NCBI GenBank assembly: GCA_035533195.1
Contig: DATLUK010000295.1
Span: 1 to 48,123 of the forward strand
Length of the DNA: 48,123 nt
DNA from: Acidimicrobiales bacterium
Lineage (GTDB): Bacteria > Actinomycetota > Acidimicrobiia > Acidimicrobiales > JAJPHE01
Reading direction: 5' to 3'
Under the pieces are notes generated by a model that searched no databases, was not told the DNA's origin, and saw only the letters and a list, made by a program, of their open reading frames with translations. A program made the position numbers and the translations under genes. Positions within the stretch are counted from its first letter, which is position 1. Every line of letters begins with the position of its first letter. Positions 6,923 to 16,482 of this stretch are shown here, in pieces.

Positions 6923-8467
6923 TTGAGCGTCGCCGGTGCGCTGTCTCTGTTGGCTGGATTGATCACCGCTTGCGGCGGGACAAAGCCGGCGGCGACGGCC
7001 ACCTTGAAGCCCACTCACGGCGGTTCGATCACCGTAGATTTGGTGTTCAGCGCCTTCGGCCTCGCCCCGTGGACCATGATCGGTTCGGTCACCGACGGTC
7101 CCATCGGTGATGCCATCTACGACCCGCTGATGCAATACGGCCCGTCGAACCAGCTGGAACCCTGGTTGGCCACCTCCTTGACGACCAAGGATGACCAGGT
7201 CTGGACCATGCAGCTGCACCAAGGAGTGAAGTTCCAGGACGGTACGCCCTTCAACGCCGCCGCCGTCGTTTTCAACATCGATCAGCAGATGAACCCGGCC
7301 AACCACTCCTTTACCGGGCTGCCCGTCGCCGAGAACATAGCGTCGGTGAAAGCCACCGGTCCCGACACCGTCGTGTTCAACCTTAAGTTCCCGTGGTCGG
7401 CCTTCTCCGGTTCGTTCACGGGGCCGTTCGGCTACATGGCGTCCCCGACGGCGGTACAGAAGGAAGGCACCTCCTACAACCAGCACCCGGTCGGGACCGG
7501 GCCGTTCGACTTCGTCCAGTGGGTGCCCGGTGACCACGTCACGGTCAAGAAGAACCCGAACTACTGGGTCAAGGGTGAGCCATACCTGAACCAGATCGTC
7601 TTCAAGACCGACGCCAACTCCCAGACCCGGCTGAGCAGCGTGGAGACCGGGGAGGCCCAGATCGACCAGACGATCGATCCCACCGAATTGGGCCCGGCCA
7701 AAGCGCACGGCCTCAGCTACAGCGTGGCGGCCAACTCCGGCAACAGCGTGGAGATGAACACCCAGGCCGCCCCCTTCAACAACGCCAACATGCGCCTGGC
7801 CCTCCGGTACGCCACCGACCTCAACGCCCTGAACAAGATCGTCTACAACGGCCTGGCCGATCCCGTGTGGGCCGCCTGGATATCCCCGAGCTCGCCCTAC
7901 TACGACAAGAGCATCAAGTGGCCTGGGTATGATCCGGCCAAGGCCAAGGCCAAGGCCAAGGCCATGGTGACGGCCTACACCGCCAAAAACGGGCCGGTGG
8001 ACATCACTTACTCCTGCTACACCGACCCCGCTCACCTCAAGGAGGAGCAGGCTCTCCAGCAGATGTGGAAGGCGGCCGGCTTCAACGTCACCCTGAACAT
8101 CACGGACCAGAACACCCTGGTCATCAACATGCTCGAGGGCCATTTCCAGATCGGGTGCCTGGCCCTGGGCAGCGGCCTAGATCCCGATAGCGCGTACTAC
8201 AGCTCGCTGTACTCCAAGAGCCCCAGCAACTTCACCCACTTCAACAATCCGGCCATGGACGCCGCCCTGACCCAAGGTCGGGAGAGCACGTCGGTGGCCG
8301 TCCGCGAGCAGGCCTACAACGTGGTGCAGCAACTGATCGCCTCGGACATGCCAGCGTTCCAGACCGAGCGGGAGCCGTGGGGTTGGATCTGGGGCCCGAG
8401 GATAGGCGGGGTCGTCAATCTCTACGATGCCGGCCTGGCCCCGGGGGGAATCTACCTCAAGTCGTGA
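6923..8467 (+). CDS. ABC transporter substrate-binding lipoprotein, family 5 (peptide/nickel, DppA/OppA-like)
   Basis: Lipobox LLAGLITAC-GG, then WTMQLHQGVKFQDGTPFNA, VTVKKNPNYW and FQT... blocks typical of SBP family 5. It is first in an operon with two permeases and two ATPases. The TTG 6923 start is uncertain: the frame is open upstream through WRRI, but I see no canonical start codon there. Confidence 0.9.
   Translation: MSVAGALSLLAGLITACGGTKPAATATLKPTHGGSITVDLVFSAFGLAPWTMIGSVTDGPIGDAIYDPLMQYGPSNQLEPWLATSLTTKDDQVWTMQLHQGVKFQDGTPFNAAAVVFNIDQQMNPANHSFTGLPVAENIASVKATGPDTVVFNLKFPWSAFSGSFTGPFGYMASPTAVQKEGTSYNQHPVGTGPFDFVQWVPGDHVTVKKNPNYWVKGEPYLNQIVFKTDANSQTRLSSVETGEAQIDQTIDPTELGPAKAHGLSYSVAANSGNSVEMNTQAAPFNNANMRLALRYATDLNALNKIVYNGLADPVWAAWISPSSPYYDKSIKWPGYDPAKAKAKAKAMVTAYTAKNGPVDITYSCYTDPAHLKEEQALQQMWKAAGFNVTLNITDQNTLVINMLEGHFQIGCLALGSGLDPDSAYYSSLYSKSPSNFTHFNNPAMDAALTQGRESTSVAVREQAYNVVQQLIASDMPAFQTEREPWGWIWGPRIGGVVNLYDAGLAPGGIYLKS
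7937..7960 (+). repeat. (GCCAAG)x4 in-frame hexanucleotide tandem repeat inside the SBP gene (encodes AKAKAKAK)
   Basis: Direct reading gives gccaag gccaag gccaag gccaag followed by a partial gcca. Confidence 0.9.
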
Positions 8468-8596
8468 TCGCCCAGGTCCGCGCCAGCCTCAGAGGACGAC
8501 CCTTGCAGACAGAGCTACCCGAATCTCTCCGTATCGAGTATCCCATCCTCGCCCCAGCCACTGCCGCGACGCGGTGGCTGGGGCGGGCGGGGTCGG

Positions 8597-8639
8597 CCCT
8601 CACCAGGTGACCTCGGGGTTTGAGGTGACCTGGTGAGGG
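8597..8639 (+). promoter_or_regulatory. Large stem-loop in the SBP-permease intergenic gap that contains the permease start codon
   Basis: CCCTCACCAGGTGACCTC (8597-8614) pairs with GAGGTGACCTGGTGAGGG (8622-8639). That is an 18-bp stem with one central G:G mismatch and a 7-nt loop. The GTG start (8633-8635) lies in the 3' arm. Confidence 0.5.
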
Positions 8640-9586
8640 CCAATTTCGGGAGGAGGGCGCTCCGGCTGCTCCTGGTTCTCCTGCTGGTCAGCTTCGCGAC
8701 GTTCGCCATGGTCCGGCTGCTCCCCGGTGACCCGGCGCGAGCCTTCCTGGGGCCGAGCGCGCCCGAGTCGGCCGTCCTGGCGATCCGGCGTCAGTTGGGG
8801 CTGAACCAGGCGCTGCCGGTTGCTTACATCCACTGGTTGGGGCGGGTGTTGTACGGGAATCTCGGAACCTCCTACCAGACAGGTCAGGCCGTCACCCAGG
8901 CGCTGGCCCAGAGGCTGCCTATTTCGGCCGAGCTGGTGATCGGCGCCGAGCTGGTGGCGCTGACACTGGCCATCCCGCTGTCCCTGGTGAGCGCCTACCG
9001 AGCCGACGGTCTGGTGGACCGGTCGGTTTCCGGGATCTCGTTCGCCACCATTGCCGTCCCGGGCTTCGTGCTCGCCCTCGTGTTGATCTTCATCTTCCCG
9101 GTGAGGTTCGGGCTCCTGCAGGTGTCAGGGTTCACCTATCTGAGCCAGAGCATCCCCGGCAACATCCAATCCGTCACCCTGCCCGTGCTCACCTTGGCCC
9201 TTCCGCTAGCGGCGGTGTACACGCGCGTACTACGGGCGGACCTCGTGGAAGTGCTGCGGGAGGATTACATAGCGATGGCCCGGGCCCGCGGCGTGCCGAC
9301 CTGGAGGATCCTGTTGATCCACGCCTTCAAGCCGGCATCTCTATCGCTGCTGACCCTGGCCGGGCTCAACATCGGCCAGCTCTTAAGCGGGGCGGTGATA
9401 GTCGAGCAGATCTTCGCCCTGCCGGGCATCGGGTCGTTGCTCATCGGCGCGATCCTGGCCAAGGACATCTTCGTCCTTCAAGGCGTGGTGCTCGTCATCA
9501 CCGTCACGTTCGTCGTGGCCAATCTCCTGGTCGACCTGCTCTACAGCTTGATAGATCCGAGGATCCGTCGTGTCCTCACGGCCTGA
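8633..9586 (+). CDS. ABC transporter permease (DppB/OppB-like)
   Basis: 317 aa, multi-TM, with the N-terminal F..VRLLPGDPA motif and an EAA-like loop (DYIAMARARGV). Confidence 0.9.
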   Translation: MRANFGRRALRLLLVLLLVSFATFAMVRLLPGDPARAFLGPSAPESAVLAIRRQLGLNQALPVAYIHWLGRVLYGNLGTSYQTGQAVTQALAQRLPISAELVIGAELVALTLAIPLSLVSAYRADGLVDRSVSGISFATIAVPGFVLALVLIFIFPVRFGLLQVSGFTYLSQSIPGNIQSVTLPVLTLALPLAAVYTRVLRADLVEVLREDYIAMARARGVPTWRILLIHAFKPASLSLLTLAGLNIGQLLSGAVIVEQIFALPGIGSLLIGAILAKDIFVLQGVVLVITVTFVVANLLVDLLYSLIDPRIRRVLTA

Positions 9587-10505
9587 GGTGTCCCCCGTCC
9601 TGCTGGTGCAGGTGCCGCCGCCTCCACCGCGGATAGAGGCGGCGGCCGCCCCGGCCGGAGGAGCCGGGCCCGGCCGGATCGTTCCACTCTGGAAGCGACT
9701 CGGCATACCGTTCTGGCTGGCCGTCGGGTGGATCGTCCTGGTCGCCGTCCTGGCCATCACAGCCTCGATCCTCCCGCTGCAGAACCCGGATGTGGGGAAC
9801 TTCAGCGCCTTGTCCCAGGGCCCGAGCGCCGCCCACTGGTTCGGCACCGATGACCTGGGCCGAGACCTTATGTCGCGGGTCATCTTCGGGTCCCGGGTGT
9901 CCCTCATCGTGGGGTTCGCAGCCGCCTTCCTCGGCACGGTCATCGGCGGCGCCCTGGGAATAGCCGCCGGCTACCTGAGGAGCGCCACCGAGGGCGTGAT
10001 CATGCTGATCATGGACGCCATCATCTCCTTTCCTTCCCTGGTGATGCTCATAGCCCTGACCACCTTCCTGGGCAAGAACCTCGTCAACATCACCGGGGCC
10101 ATCGCCCTGGTGACCGTGCCGGTACTGGCCCGTCTGGCCCGGGGCAGCACCCTCAGCGTCGCCAAGCGTCCGTTCATACTGGCGGCCCGCTCGGCCGGCG
10201 CCACCAACTTTCGGGTTATGTGGCGGGAGATCGTGCCCAACGTGCTCCCGCCGCTCATCTCGCTCGGCCTGGTGATCGTGGCGGTGGCGATCGTGGCCGA
10301 GGGGGCGCTCAGCTTTCTCGGCTTCAGCATCCCCCCTCCCACGCCGACGTGGGGCAACATCATCGCCTCGGGCGAGAACGACTTGAGCACGGCACCGCAG
10401 ATCGTGTTCGCCCCAGCCGCGGTCATGTTCGTGACGGTCTTCGCCTTCAGCATCGCTGGAGACCGGCTGCGGCGGATCGGTGAGCTGCAAAGCGGTGGGA
10501 TCTGA
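9570..10505 (+). CDS. ABC transporter permease (DppC/OppC-like)
   Basis: 311 aa with HWFGTDDLGRD, the hallmark of the DppC/OppC N-terminal loop. It is multi-TM and overlaps the upstream permease gene by 17 nt. Confidence 0.9.
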   Translation: MSSRPEVSPVLLVQVPPPPPRIEAAAAPAGGAGPGRIVPLWKRLGIPFWLAVGWIVLVAVLAITASILPLQNPDVGNFSALSQGPSAAHWFGTDDLGRDLMSRVIFGSRVSLIVGFAAAFLGTVIGGALGIAAGYLRSATEGVIMLIMDAIISFPSLVMLIALTTFLGKNLVNITGAIALVTVPVLARLARGSTLSVAKRPFILAARSAGATNFRVMWREIVPNVLPPLISLGLVIVAVAIVAEGALSFLGFSIPPPTPTWGNIIASGENDLSTAPQIVFAPAAVMFVTVFAFSIAGDRLRRIGELQSGGI

Positions 10506-11614
10506 TGTCGACGGCCGGCGCAGAACGCGTCGGAGCCGCGGCTGGGAATGACGGCGCGCCCGGGGACCGGCTGCTGGAGATCCAAAACCTCAGGACCTAC
10601 CTGAAGACCAGCCGCGGCGTGGTCCGGGCGGTCGATGGCGTGAGCCTCGAACTCAGGCCAGGGACGACGCTGGGCCTGGTGGGCGAGTCAGGTTGCGGAA
10701 AGTCGATGCTGCTCCGCTCGATCCTGGGGCTCCTGCCCCGCCGTAGCGTCGAAAGACAGGGTCGGATCCTCTTCGAGGGCCAGGACCTCCTGTCGCTCCC
10801 TCCATCCCGGCTCCGCCGCATCCTGGGCCGAGACATCGGCTATGTGGCCCAGGACCCCATGACCTCCCTCAACCCGGTGCTGAAGGTGGGCCAGCAGGTG
10901 GGCGAGACGCTGCGCTGCCACTACGGCGTCAGCCGCTCGAAGGCCCGGGCCGAGGCTCTGGAGCTGCTGCAGTCGGTGGGCATCCCCGAAGCCGAACGCC
11001 GGCTGGACCAGTACCCGCACCAACTTTCCGGCGGGATGCGCCAGCGGGTGAGCATCGCGGCCGCGCTGGCCTGCCACCCGAAGCTGCTGCTGGCCGACGA
11101 GCCCACCACGGCCCTGGACGTCACGGTCCAGGCGCAGGTCCTGGAACTGCTCAGCCGGCTCGCCCGTGAGCGTTCCATGGCCATGATCCTGGTAACCCAC
11201 GACTTGGGAGTCGTGGCCGGCCGGACCGAGCAGATTGCCGTCATGTACGCCGGGCAGGTGGTCGAGCTCTCCCCCACCTCGGACCTCTTCGGGAACATAC
11301 AGATGCCGTATACGGAGGCCCTGTTCAAGTCGATCCCACGACTGTCGGATGTTCCCCACCACCGCCTGGTGTCGATCCCCGGGCGTCCTCCCGACCTGCG
11401 GATGCAACCGACGGGATGCCGGTTCGCTTCCCGCTGCACCTACACCCAGCCCCAGTGCCTGACCGATGCGCCGGCCTTGACGGAGCCCGGTACCTCTGGT
11501 CATGCCTACGCCTGCTGGTTCCCCCTGGGGCTCCAGCCCGAAGACCCTCCCGCTGACTCGGCCGCCCCAACGGGTGCACCCGTTGGCCCCGCCCGGCCCG
11601 CACGCCGCCAGTGA
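10505..11614 (+). CDS. ABC transporter ATP-binding protein (DppD/OppD-like)
   Basis: Walker A GESGCGKS, signature LSGGMRQR, Walker B LLLADEPT, and an oligopeptide C-terminal domain with CRFASRC. The start shares a TGATG junction with the upstream permease. Confidence 0.95.
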   Translation: MSTAGAERVGAAAGNDGAPGDRLLEIQNLRTYLKTSRGVVRAVDGVSLELRPGTTLGLVGESGCGKSMLLRSILGLLPRRSVERQGRILFEGQDLLSLPPSRLRRILGRDIGYVAQDPMTSLNPVLKVGQQVGETLRCHYGVSRSKARAEALELLQSVGIPEAERRLDQYPHQLSGGMRQRVSIAAALACHPKLLLADEPTTALDVTVQAQVLELLSRLARERSMAMILVTHDLGVVAGRTEQIAVMYAGQVVELSPTSDLFGNIQMPYTEALFKSIPRLSDVPHHRLVSIPGRPPDLRMQPTGCRFASRCTYTQPQCLTDAPALTEPGTSGHAYACWFPLGLQPEDPPADSAAPTGAPVGPARPARRQ

Positions 11615-12627
11615 CCGACCCGATGGGCGACCTACTGGTGCAGCTGCGGCCAGAGCGGGATCCGCTGCTGCGGGTCGAGCACCTGGTCGTCGAGTTCCCG
11701 GCCGGCCGGGGCCAACGGGTGCACGCGGTGTCCGGCGTCAGCTTCGACATCCTCCGGGGCGAGACCCTGAGCCTCGTAGGCGAGACGGGCTCCGGTAAAT
11801 CGACAACGGCCCTGGCCATCGCCCAGCTGCCGAAGCCGAACTCCGGCTCGGTGATCTTCGATGGGCAGGACCTGACCCAGCTGGGCCGCAAGGAGCTGCG
11901 GGCCGTCCGGCCCAGGTTCCAGCTCATCTTCCAGGACCCGATCTCCTCCCTCAACCCCCGGCGGCGGCTCACAGACTCGGTGGCCGAGCCGTTGCGCCTA
12001 GCCGGTCGAGGGGCGGAAGCGAAGCAGCTGGCCGATGCCATGCTGGAGGCGGTCGGAATGGATGCCGAGCTGGCGGCATCCCGGTGGCCGTCGGACTTCT
12101 CGGGCGGGCAGTGCCAGAGGGCATCCATTGCGCGCGCCCTCGTGCTCGACCCCGATCTCCTCATCTGCGACGAGCCCGTGTCCTCTCTCGACGTGTCCGT
12201 GCAGGCGCAGATACTGAACCTCCTTCACGACCTGCGCGAGCGCTACGGCCTGACCATCCTGTTCATTTCCCACGACCTGGCGGTAGTCAGGAACGTCAGC
12301 GACCGGATAGCCGTGATGTACCTCGGCAAGCTGTGCGAGATCGGTGAGGCTGATGCCCTGTACCGGAGACCGAGGCATCCGTACACCTGCGCTCTCATCG
12401 AGGCCATCCCGGCTCCTGACCCGACGTCCCGGCCCAAGGCTACGTCCATTTTGGGCGTCGAGCCGCCGTCTCCGATCACCCCGCCGAGCGGCTGCCGTTA
12501 CCGGACGCGATGCCCGAGAGCCCAGGAGATCTGCGCCGTGGAGGAACCGACGCTCCAGAGGGTAGAAGACGACCACTACGTGGCGTGCCACTTCCCGGTA
12601 GCCGAACACGCCGCCGGCGTCGCCTGA
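11611..12627 (+). CDS. ABC transporter ATP-binding protein (DppF/OppF-like)
   Basis: Walker A GETGSGKST, signature FSGGQCQR, Walker B LLICDEPV, and a C-terminal CRYRTRCP. GTGA overlap with the upstream ATPase. Confidence 0.95.
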   Translation: MTDPMGDLLVQLRPERDPLLRVEHLVVEFPAGRGQRVHAVSGVSFDILRGETLSLVGETGSGKSTTALAIAQLPKPNSGSVIFDGQDLTQLGRKELRAVRPRFQLIFQDPISSLNPRRRLTDSVAEPLRLAGRGAEAKQLADAMLEAVGMDAELAASRWPSDFSGGQCQRASIARALVLDPDLLICDEPVSSLDVSVQAQILNLLHDLRERYGLTILFISHDLAVVRNVSDRIAVMYLGKLCEIGEADALYRRPRHPYTCALIEAIPAPDPTSRPKATSILGVEPPSPITPPSGCRYRTRCPRAQEICAVEEPTLQRVEDDHYVACHFPVAEHAAGVA

Positions 12628-12808
12628 GCAGCGCTCGATCTCCGGACCGCCAGCTCATCCACCGAGGAGAGGTTGGTCCAGACCAGGGGCGTGTGGCCCA
12701 CCAGGTCGGCGGGGAAGGGGGCGGCCCTTGCTAGACGCACAGGTCAGTATATAGAGTCTCTGTGTAGAGCTTCCTGTGGTGGTTGCCCTGGGATGAACGG
12801 GGGGGGAC

Positions 12809-13954
12809 ATGAGGACCGCATTGTGCGATGAGCTCGGTATCGAGTACCCGATCTTCGCTTTCAGCCATTGCCGTGACGTGGTTGTGGCGGTGAGTAAGGC
12901 CGGGGGCTTCGGAGTGCTGGGCGGACTGAGCTTCACGCCCGAACAGCTCGAGATCGAGCTGCGTTGGATCGACGAGCATGTGGACGGCCGTCCTTACGGC
13001 CTCGACGTGGTCATGCCCGCCCGGGACCCGGGGATGGATGTGGACACCTCCAGTCGCGAGGTGATGGCGTCCAACATCGTGGACCGCATACCCGAGCAGC
13101 ATGCCAAGTTCGTCGAGGACCTCATGCAACGCTTCCAGCTCCCACCCTTGGCCGAGGAGACTGGACCCCGTGGGCTCTTGGGCTGGGCTCACGACTTGGC
13201 CCGCGAGCTGGTTGAGGTGGGTCTCGGCCATCCGATCAAGCTGCTGGCCAACGCACTGGGCTCTCCGCCCAAGGACGTCATTCAGCTCGCTCACGACCAC
13301 GGCGTCAAGGTGGCGGCCCTCTCCGGCAAGGTCCAGCACGCTGAGCGCCATGTCGCCAATGGAGTCGACATCGTCGTAGCCCAGGGATCGGAAGCCGGCG
13401 GCCATACCGGGGAGATTGGAACCATGGTCCTCGTGGCCGACGTCGTCGACGCAGTTAGTCCCACCCCTGTGCTGGCCGCCGGGGGCATCGGCTGCGGACG
13501 GCAGGTCGCCGCGGCTCTCTCGCTCGGTGCTCAGGGTGTCTGGATGGGGTCTTTGTGGCTCACAACTGCTGAGAGCAGCTCTTCCCCCGAGATGGTCGAG
13601 CGGATGCTGCAGGCGAGTTCCAGTGACACAGTGCGTAGTCGGTGCCTCACCGGTAAGCCCGCTCGGCTTCTGCGATCGGCCTGGACCGATGCGTGGGAGA
13701 GCGCAGAGTCCCCGGGTACTCTGCCTGCCCCACTGCAGAACGTCCTCGTCTCCGAGGCCAATGCCCGCATGAACCAGGCCAGGCGCAAGGAACTCATCTA
13801 CGGGCCGGTGGGACAGGTGGTTGGACGCATGAACCAGGTCCAGTCGGTCCGCGATGTGATGTCGGGTCTGGTCGAGGAGTACATCGACACTGTCGAGCGC
13901 CTCGGGAGCGGCCTTACCTCGGCAACGGACGGAGTTGTGGCGGCGCCTCGCTAG
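12809..13954 (+). CDS. NAD(P)H-dependent flavin oxidoreductase, nitronate monooxygenase (2-nitropropane dioxygenase) family
   Basis: N-terminus LCDELGIEYPIFAFSH, then VVAQGSEAGGHTG and PVLAAGGIGCGRQ, which are typical NMO TIM-barrel motifs. Confidence 0.9.
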   Translation: MRTALCDELGIEYPIFAFSHCRDVVVAVSKAGGFGVLGGLSFTPEQLEIELRWIDEHVDGRPYGLDVVMPARDPGMDVDTSSREVMASNIVDRIPEQHAKFVEDLMQRFQLPPLAEETGPRGLLGWAHDLARELVEVGLGHPIKLLANALGSPPKDVIQLAHDHGVKVAALSGKVQHAERHVANGVDIVVAQGSEAGGHTGEIGTMVLVADVVDAVSPTPVLAAGGIGCGRQVAAALSLGAQGVWMGSLWLTTAESSSSPEMVERMLQASSSDTVRSRCLTGKPARLLRSAWTDAWESAESPGTLPAPLQNVLVSEANARMNQARRKELIYGPVGQVVGRMNQVQSVRDVMSGLVEEYIDTVERLGSGLTSATDGVVAAPR

Positions 13955-13968
13955 CGAGGGGAGCGCCG

Positions 13969-14133
13969 GTGACCGAAATAATGCTTATCGAGCACTGCCC
14001 CGTCCATCTGGCGTCGTATAACAAGCCCATGTCGGCTGACTTCCTCGCCCACGTGCCCCGGGTTGGACCAGTCATCGACTACGACGCGCTCGACGCCCGT
14101 CTCGGTGGCGGCGACTACCTCGGAACCGGCTGA
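13969..14133 (+). pseudogene. Probable relic of the C-terminal domain of an acyl-CoA synthetase (AMP-binding enzyme)
   Basis: The 54-codon ORF VTEIMLIEHCPVHLASYNKPMSADFLAHVPRVGPVIDYDAL... aligns by eye with the C-terminus of the intact ligase in this window (ELISFCRERLAHFKCPTSVDFRAALARTATGKLQKFKL). The conserved GK lysine is absent (GPVID). The stop overlaps the next gene's ATG (TGATG). Confidence 0.4.
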
Positions 14134-15305
14134 TGACGACGACAGCCAGCGTAGAGAAGGACGGCGGCCCGCTACGAGGAGTGCGGGTCCTGGAAGTCGC
14201 CAGCCTGGCTCCGGGCCCCTTTGCCGGCGTCATGCTGGCTGACATGGGAGCCGATATTGTCCGGATCGACCGCCTCGAGTCGGTAGGGGCACAGTCCGGC
14301 GCATCGCTCCTAGGGCGGGGACGGCGCTCGATAGCCGCTGACCTGAAGCATCCCGATGCCGCGGAGGTGATGCTTCGGTTAGTCGAACGGGCCGACATCC
14401 TGATAGAGGGATTCCGGCCGGGTGTCATGGAGCGTCTCGGCCTGAGTCCCGACGTGTGCCTGGCCCGCAACCCCGCTCTCGTGTACGGGCGCATGACAGG
14501 GTTTGGGCAGGAGGGACCCTGGGCCCACGCCGCCGGCCATGACATCAACTACATCGCGATAGCCGGGGCGCTCGGCATGATCGGCCGCCGGGACCAACCG
14601 CCCACACCACCACTCAACCTGGTGGGCGACTTCGGCGGGGGTGGCATGCTGTTGGCCTTCGGCTTGCTCTGCGGCCTGCTCGAAGCCCGAGCCAGTGGCC
14701 GAGGTCAAGTGGTGGATGCCGCCATGGTGGACGGCAGTGCCTTGCTCATGTTGCCCTTCTTCGGGACCCGGCCTCGGGATGCCGGAGGGCTGGAGCGATC
14801 GGAGCGGGGTACCAACATGCTCGACTCCGGCGCGCCGTTCTACGACGCTTACGAGACAGCCGACGGCAAGTGGGTGTCGGTCGGAGCCATCGAGCCTCAG
14901 TTCTACGCCGAGCTCCTCCGGGGCCTGGAGCTCGACCCCGCCTCGCTGCCTCCGCAGATGGACGCCGATAGATGGCCACAGACCAAAGCTCGCTTTGCTT
15001 CTATCTTCCGTACACGAACCAGAGACCAGTGGTGCGCGGTCTTCGAGGCCACGGATGCCTGCTTTGCTCCCGTACTGGAATTGGATGAGGTTGCTCGCCA
15101 CCCGCACAACGCGGCCCGCTCCCTGCTGGTCGAAGTGGCCGGCGTTCCCCAGCCGGCGCCGGCGCCGAGGTTATCGGTCTCGCCCGGCAGCATCCGACGG
15201 CCCCCTCCATCTGCGGGGGAGCACACCGACGAGGTGCTAGTCGAATGGGGGGGCTTAGAACCTTTCGAGATACAAGCGCTACGGGCAGCCGGAGCCATCG
15301 GTTGA
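14133..15305 (+). CDS. mcr: Family III (CaiB/BaiF) CoA-transferase, alpha-methylacyl-CoA racemase-like
   Basis: LRGVRVLEVASLAPGPFAGVMLADMGADIVRIDR, GFGQEGPW, GHDINYIAIAGAL and LVGDFGGGGM closely follow the MCR/AMACR pattern as I recall it. Confidence 0.85.
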   Translation: MTTTASVEKDGGPLRGVRVLEVASLAPGPFAGVMLADMGADIVRIDRLESVGAQSGASLLGRGRRSIAADLKHPDAAEVMLRLVERADILIEGFRPGVMERLGLSPDVCLARNPALVYGRMTGFGQEGPWAHAAGHDINYIAIAGALGMIGRRDQPPTPPLNLVGDFGGGGMLLAFGLLCGLLEARASGRGQVVDAAMVDGSALLMLPFFGTRPRDAGGLERSERGTNMLDSGAPFYDAYETADGKWVSVGAIEPQFYAELLRGLELDPASLPPQMDADRWPQTKARFASIFRTRTRDQWCAVFEATDACFAPVLELDEVARHPHNAARSLLVEVAGVPQPAPAPRLSVSPGSIRRPPPSAGEHTDEVLVEWGGLEPFEIQALRAAGAIG

Positions 15306-15357
15306 ACGCGGGCCCATCAGGAGGCTAGAGCCGGCCGGATCGCCGTGGACACCGCGC

Positions 15358-16396
15358 TCAGGCGTCGAGAATGGCCTCAGCGATCGAGCGCATCCCGTCC
15401 AGAGTCCCCGCACCCACCACCAGCATGGTCACACCCGCCTCACGCCACATGGCGAGGTCGTCCCGGATCTTCTCCCGCGGCCCGACCAGAGAGGTGTCGG
15501 CCACCATGGCCGAGGGGACGGCGTCGGCAGCCTGATCCCGCTTGCCTGCCAGGAACAGGTCCTGAATCTCCGCCACCTCCTTCTCGTATCCCATCCGGAC
15601 ATAGACGTTCTTGTGGAAGTTCATCTCCCGGGCCCCCATCCCCCCGATGTAGAAGGCCGTCCGGGGCTTCATGGCATCGAGAGCAGCATCGGGATCGTCG
15701 GTGACGACCACGTTGCAGCTGGCGGCAATCTCGAATCGGTCACGGGTCGTGTGGGCACCAACCCGGGAGAATCCCTCGTCCAGCCAGGCGTTGTACATGT
15801 CCGCGACCCGCGGCGAGTAGTAGATGGGTAGCCACCCGTCCGCGATCTCGGCCGTGAGCGCCACGTTCTTCGGGCCTTCGCTGCCAAGCCAGATCGGAAG
15901 CTCGGCCCGAAGCGGGTGGGTGATGGGTCGGAGCGACTTGCCTAGGTTTAGTGCGTTGGTGCCCTCATAGGGCAGTGGATAATGTGGCCCCGCACTCGTC
16001 ACCGGGGCCTTCCGTCGCAGAACCTGCCGCACGATGTCGACGTACTCCCGGGTGCGGGCCAACGGCTTCCCGAATGGTTGGCCGTACCAGCCCTCGACCA
16101 CCTGGGGACCGGACAGTCCGAGGCCGAGGACGTGCCGCCCGCCCGACAGGTGGTCCATGGTGAGCGAGTGCATCGCCGTGGAGGTCGGGGTACGCGCTGA
16201 CATCTGAACTACCGCCGTTCCTAGCCGTATCCGGCTGGTAGACGCTCCCCACCAGGCCAATGGCGTGAAAGCGTCGGAGCCCCAAGATTCGGCGGTCAAA
16301 ACGGTGTCGAAGCCCAGGCGTTCGGCCTCGAGAATGCGCTCTCTGGCGTCAGGGGGCGGCGCGGCTTGCCAGTATCCAAGTCAGTGCCAGTTTCAC
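15358..16396 (-). pseudogene. LLM-class (luciferase-like, F420-type) oxidoreductase with a 5'-proximal frameshift
   Basis: The 313-aa ORF (15358-16299) is a close paralogue of the intact gene at 42254-43291, but starts at that gene's residue 34. Upstream, GTG AAA CTG GCA CTG (VKLAL, from 16396) matches MKLGL in another frame. Frame continuity is lost at about 16380 (ctgActtgga versus ctgCAActcgga in the paralogue). Confidence 0.6.
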
Positions 16397-16482
16397 CGGG
16401 ATGTCCCCCCTGTAGCGCGATTGCTCTCGACCCTGGGCTCCCTAGCCACCGGCGCCTTCTCCTCCGGACCATCGCTTGTTGG

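Noticed and set aside
6881-8143. Long antisense ORFs opposite well-supported genes. Examples: 6881-8143(-), 9576-10490(-), 10688-11503(-), 12731-13405(-), 19277-21076(+), 23988-24803(-), 35538-36662(+), 40190-41179(+), 41924-42736(-).
   Set aside because: These are typical shadow ORFs of GC-rich DNA. Their translations are Arg/Gly/Pro/His-rich low-complexity sequence with no family motifs. The opposite strand carries clear domain signatures.
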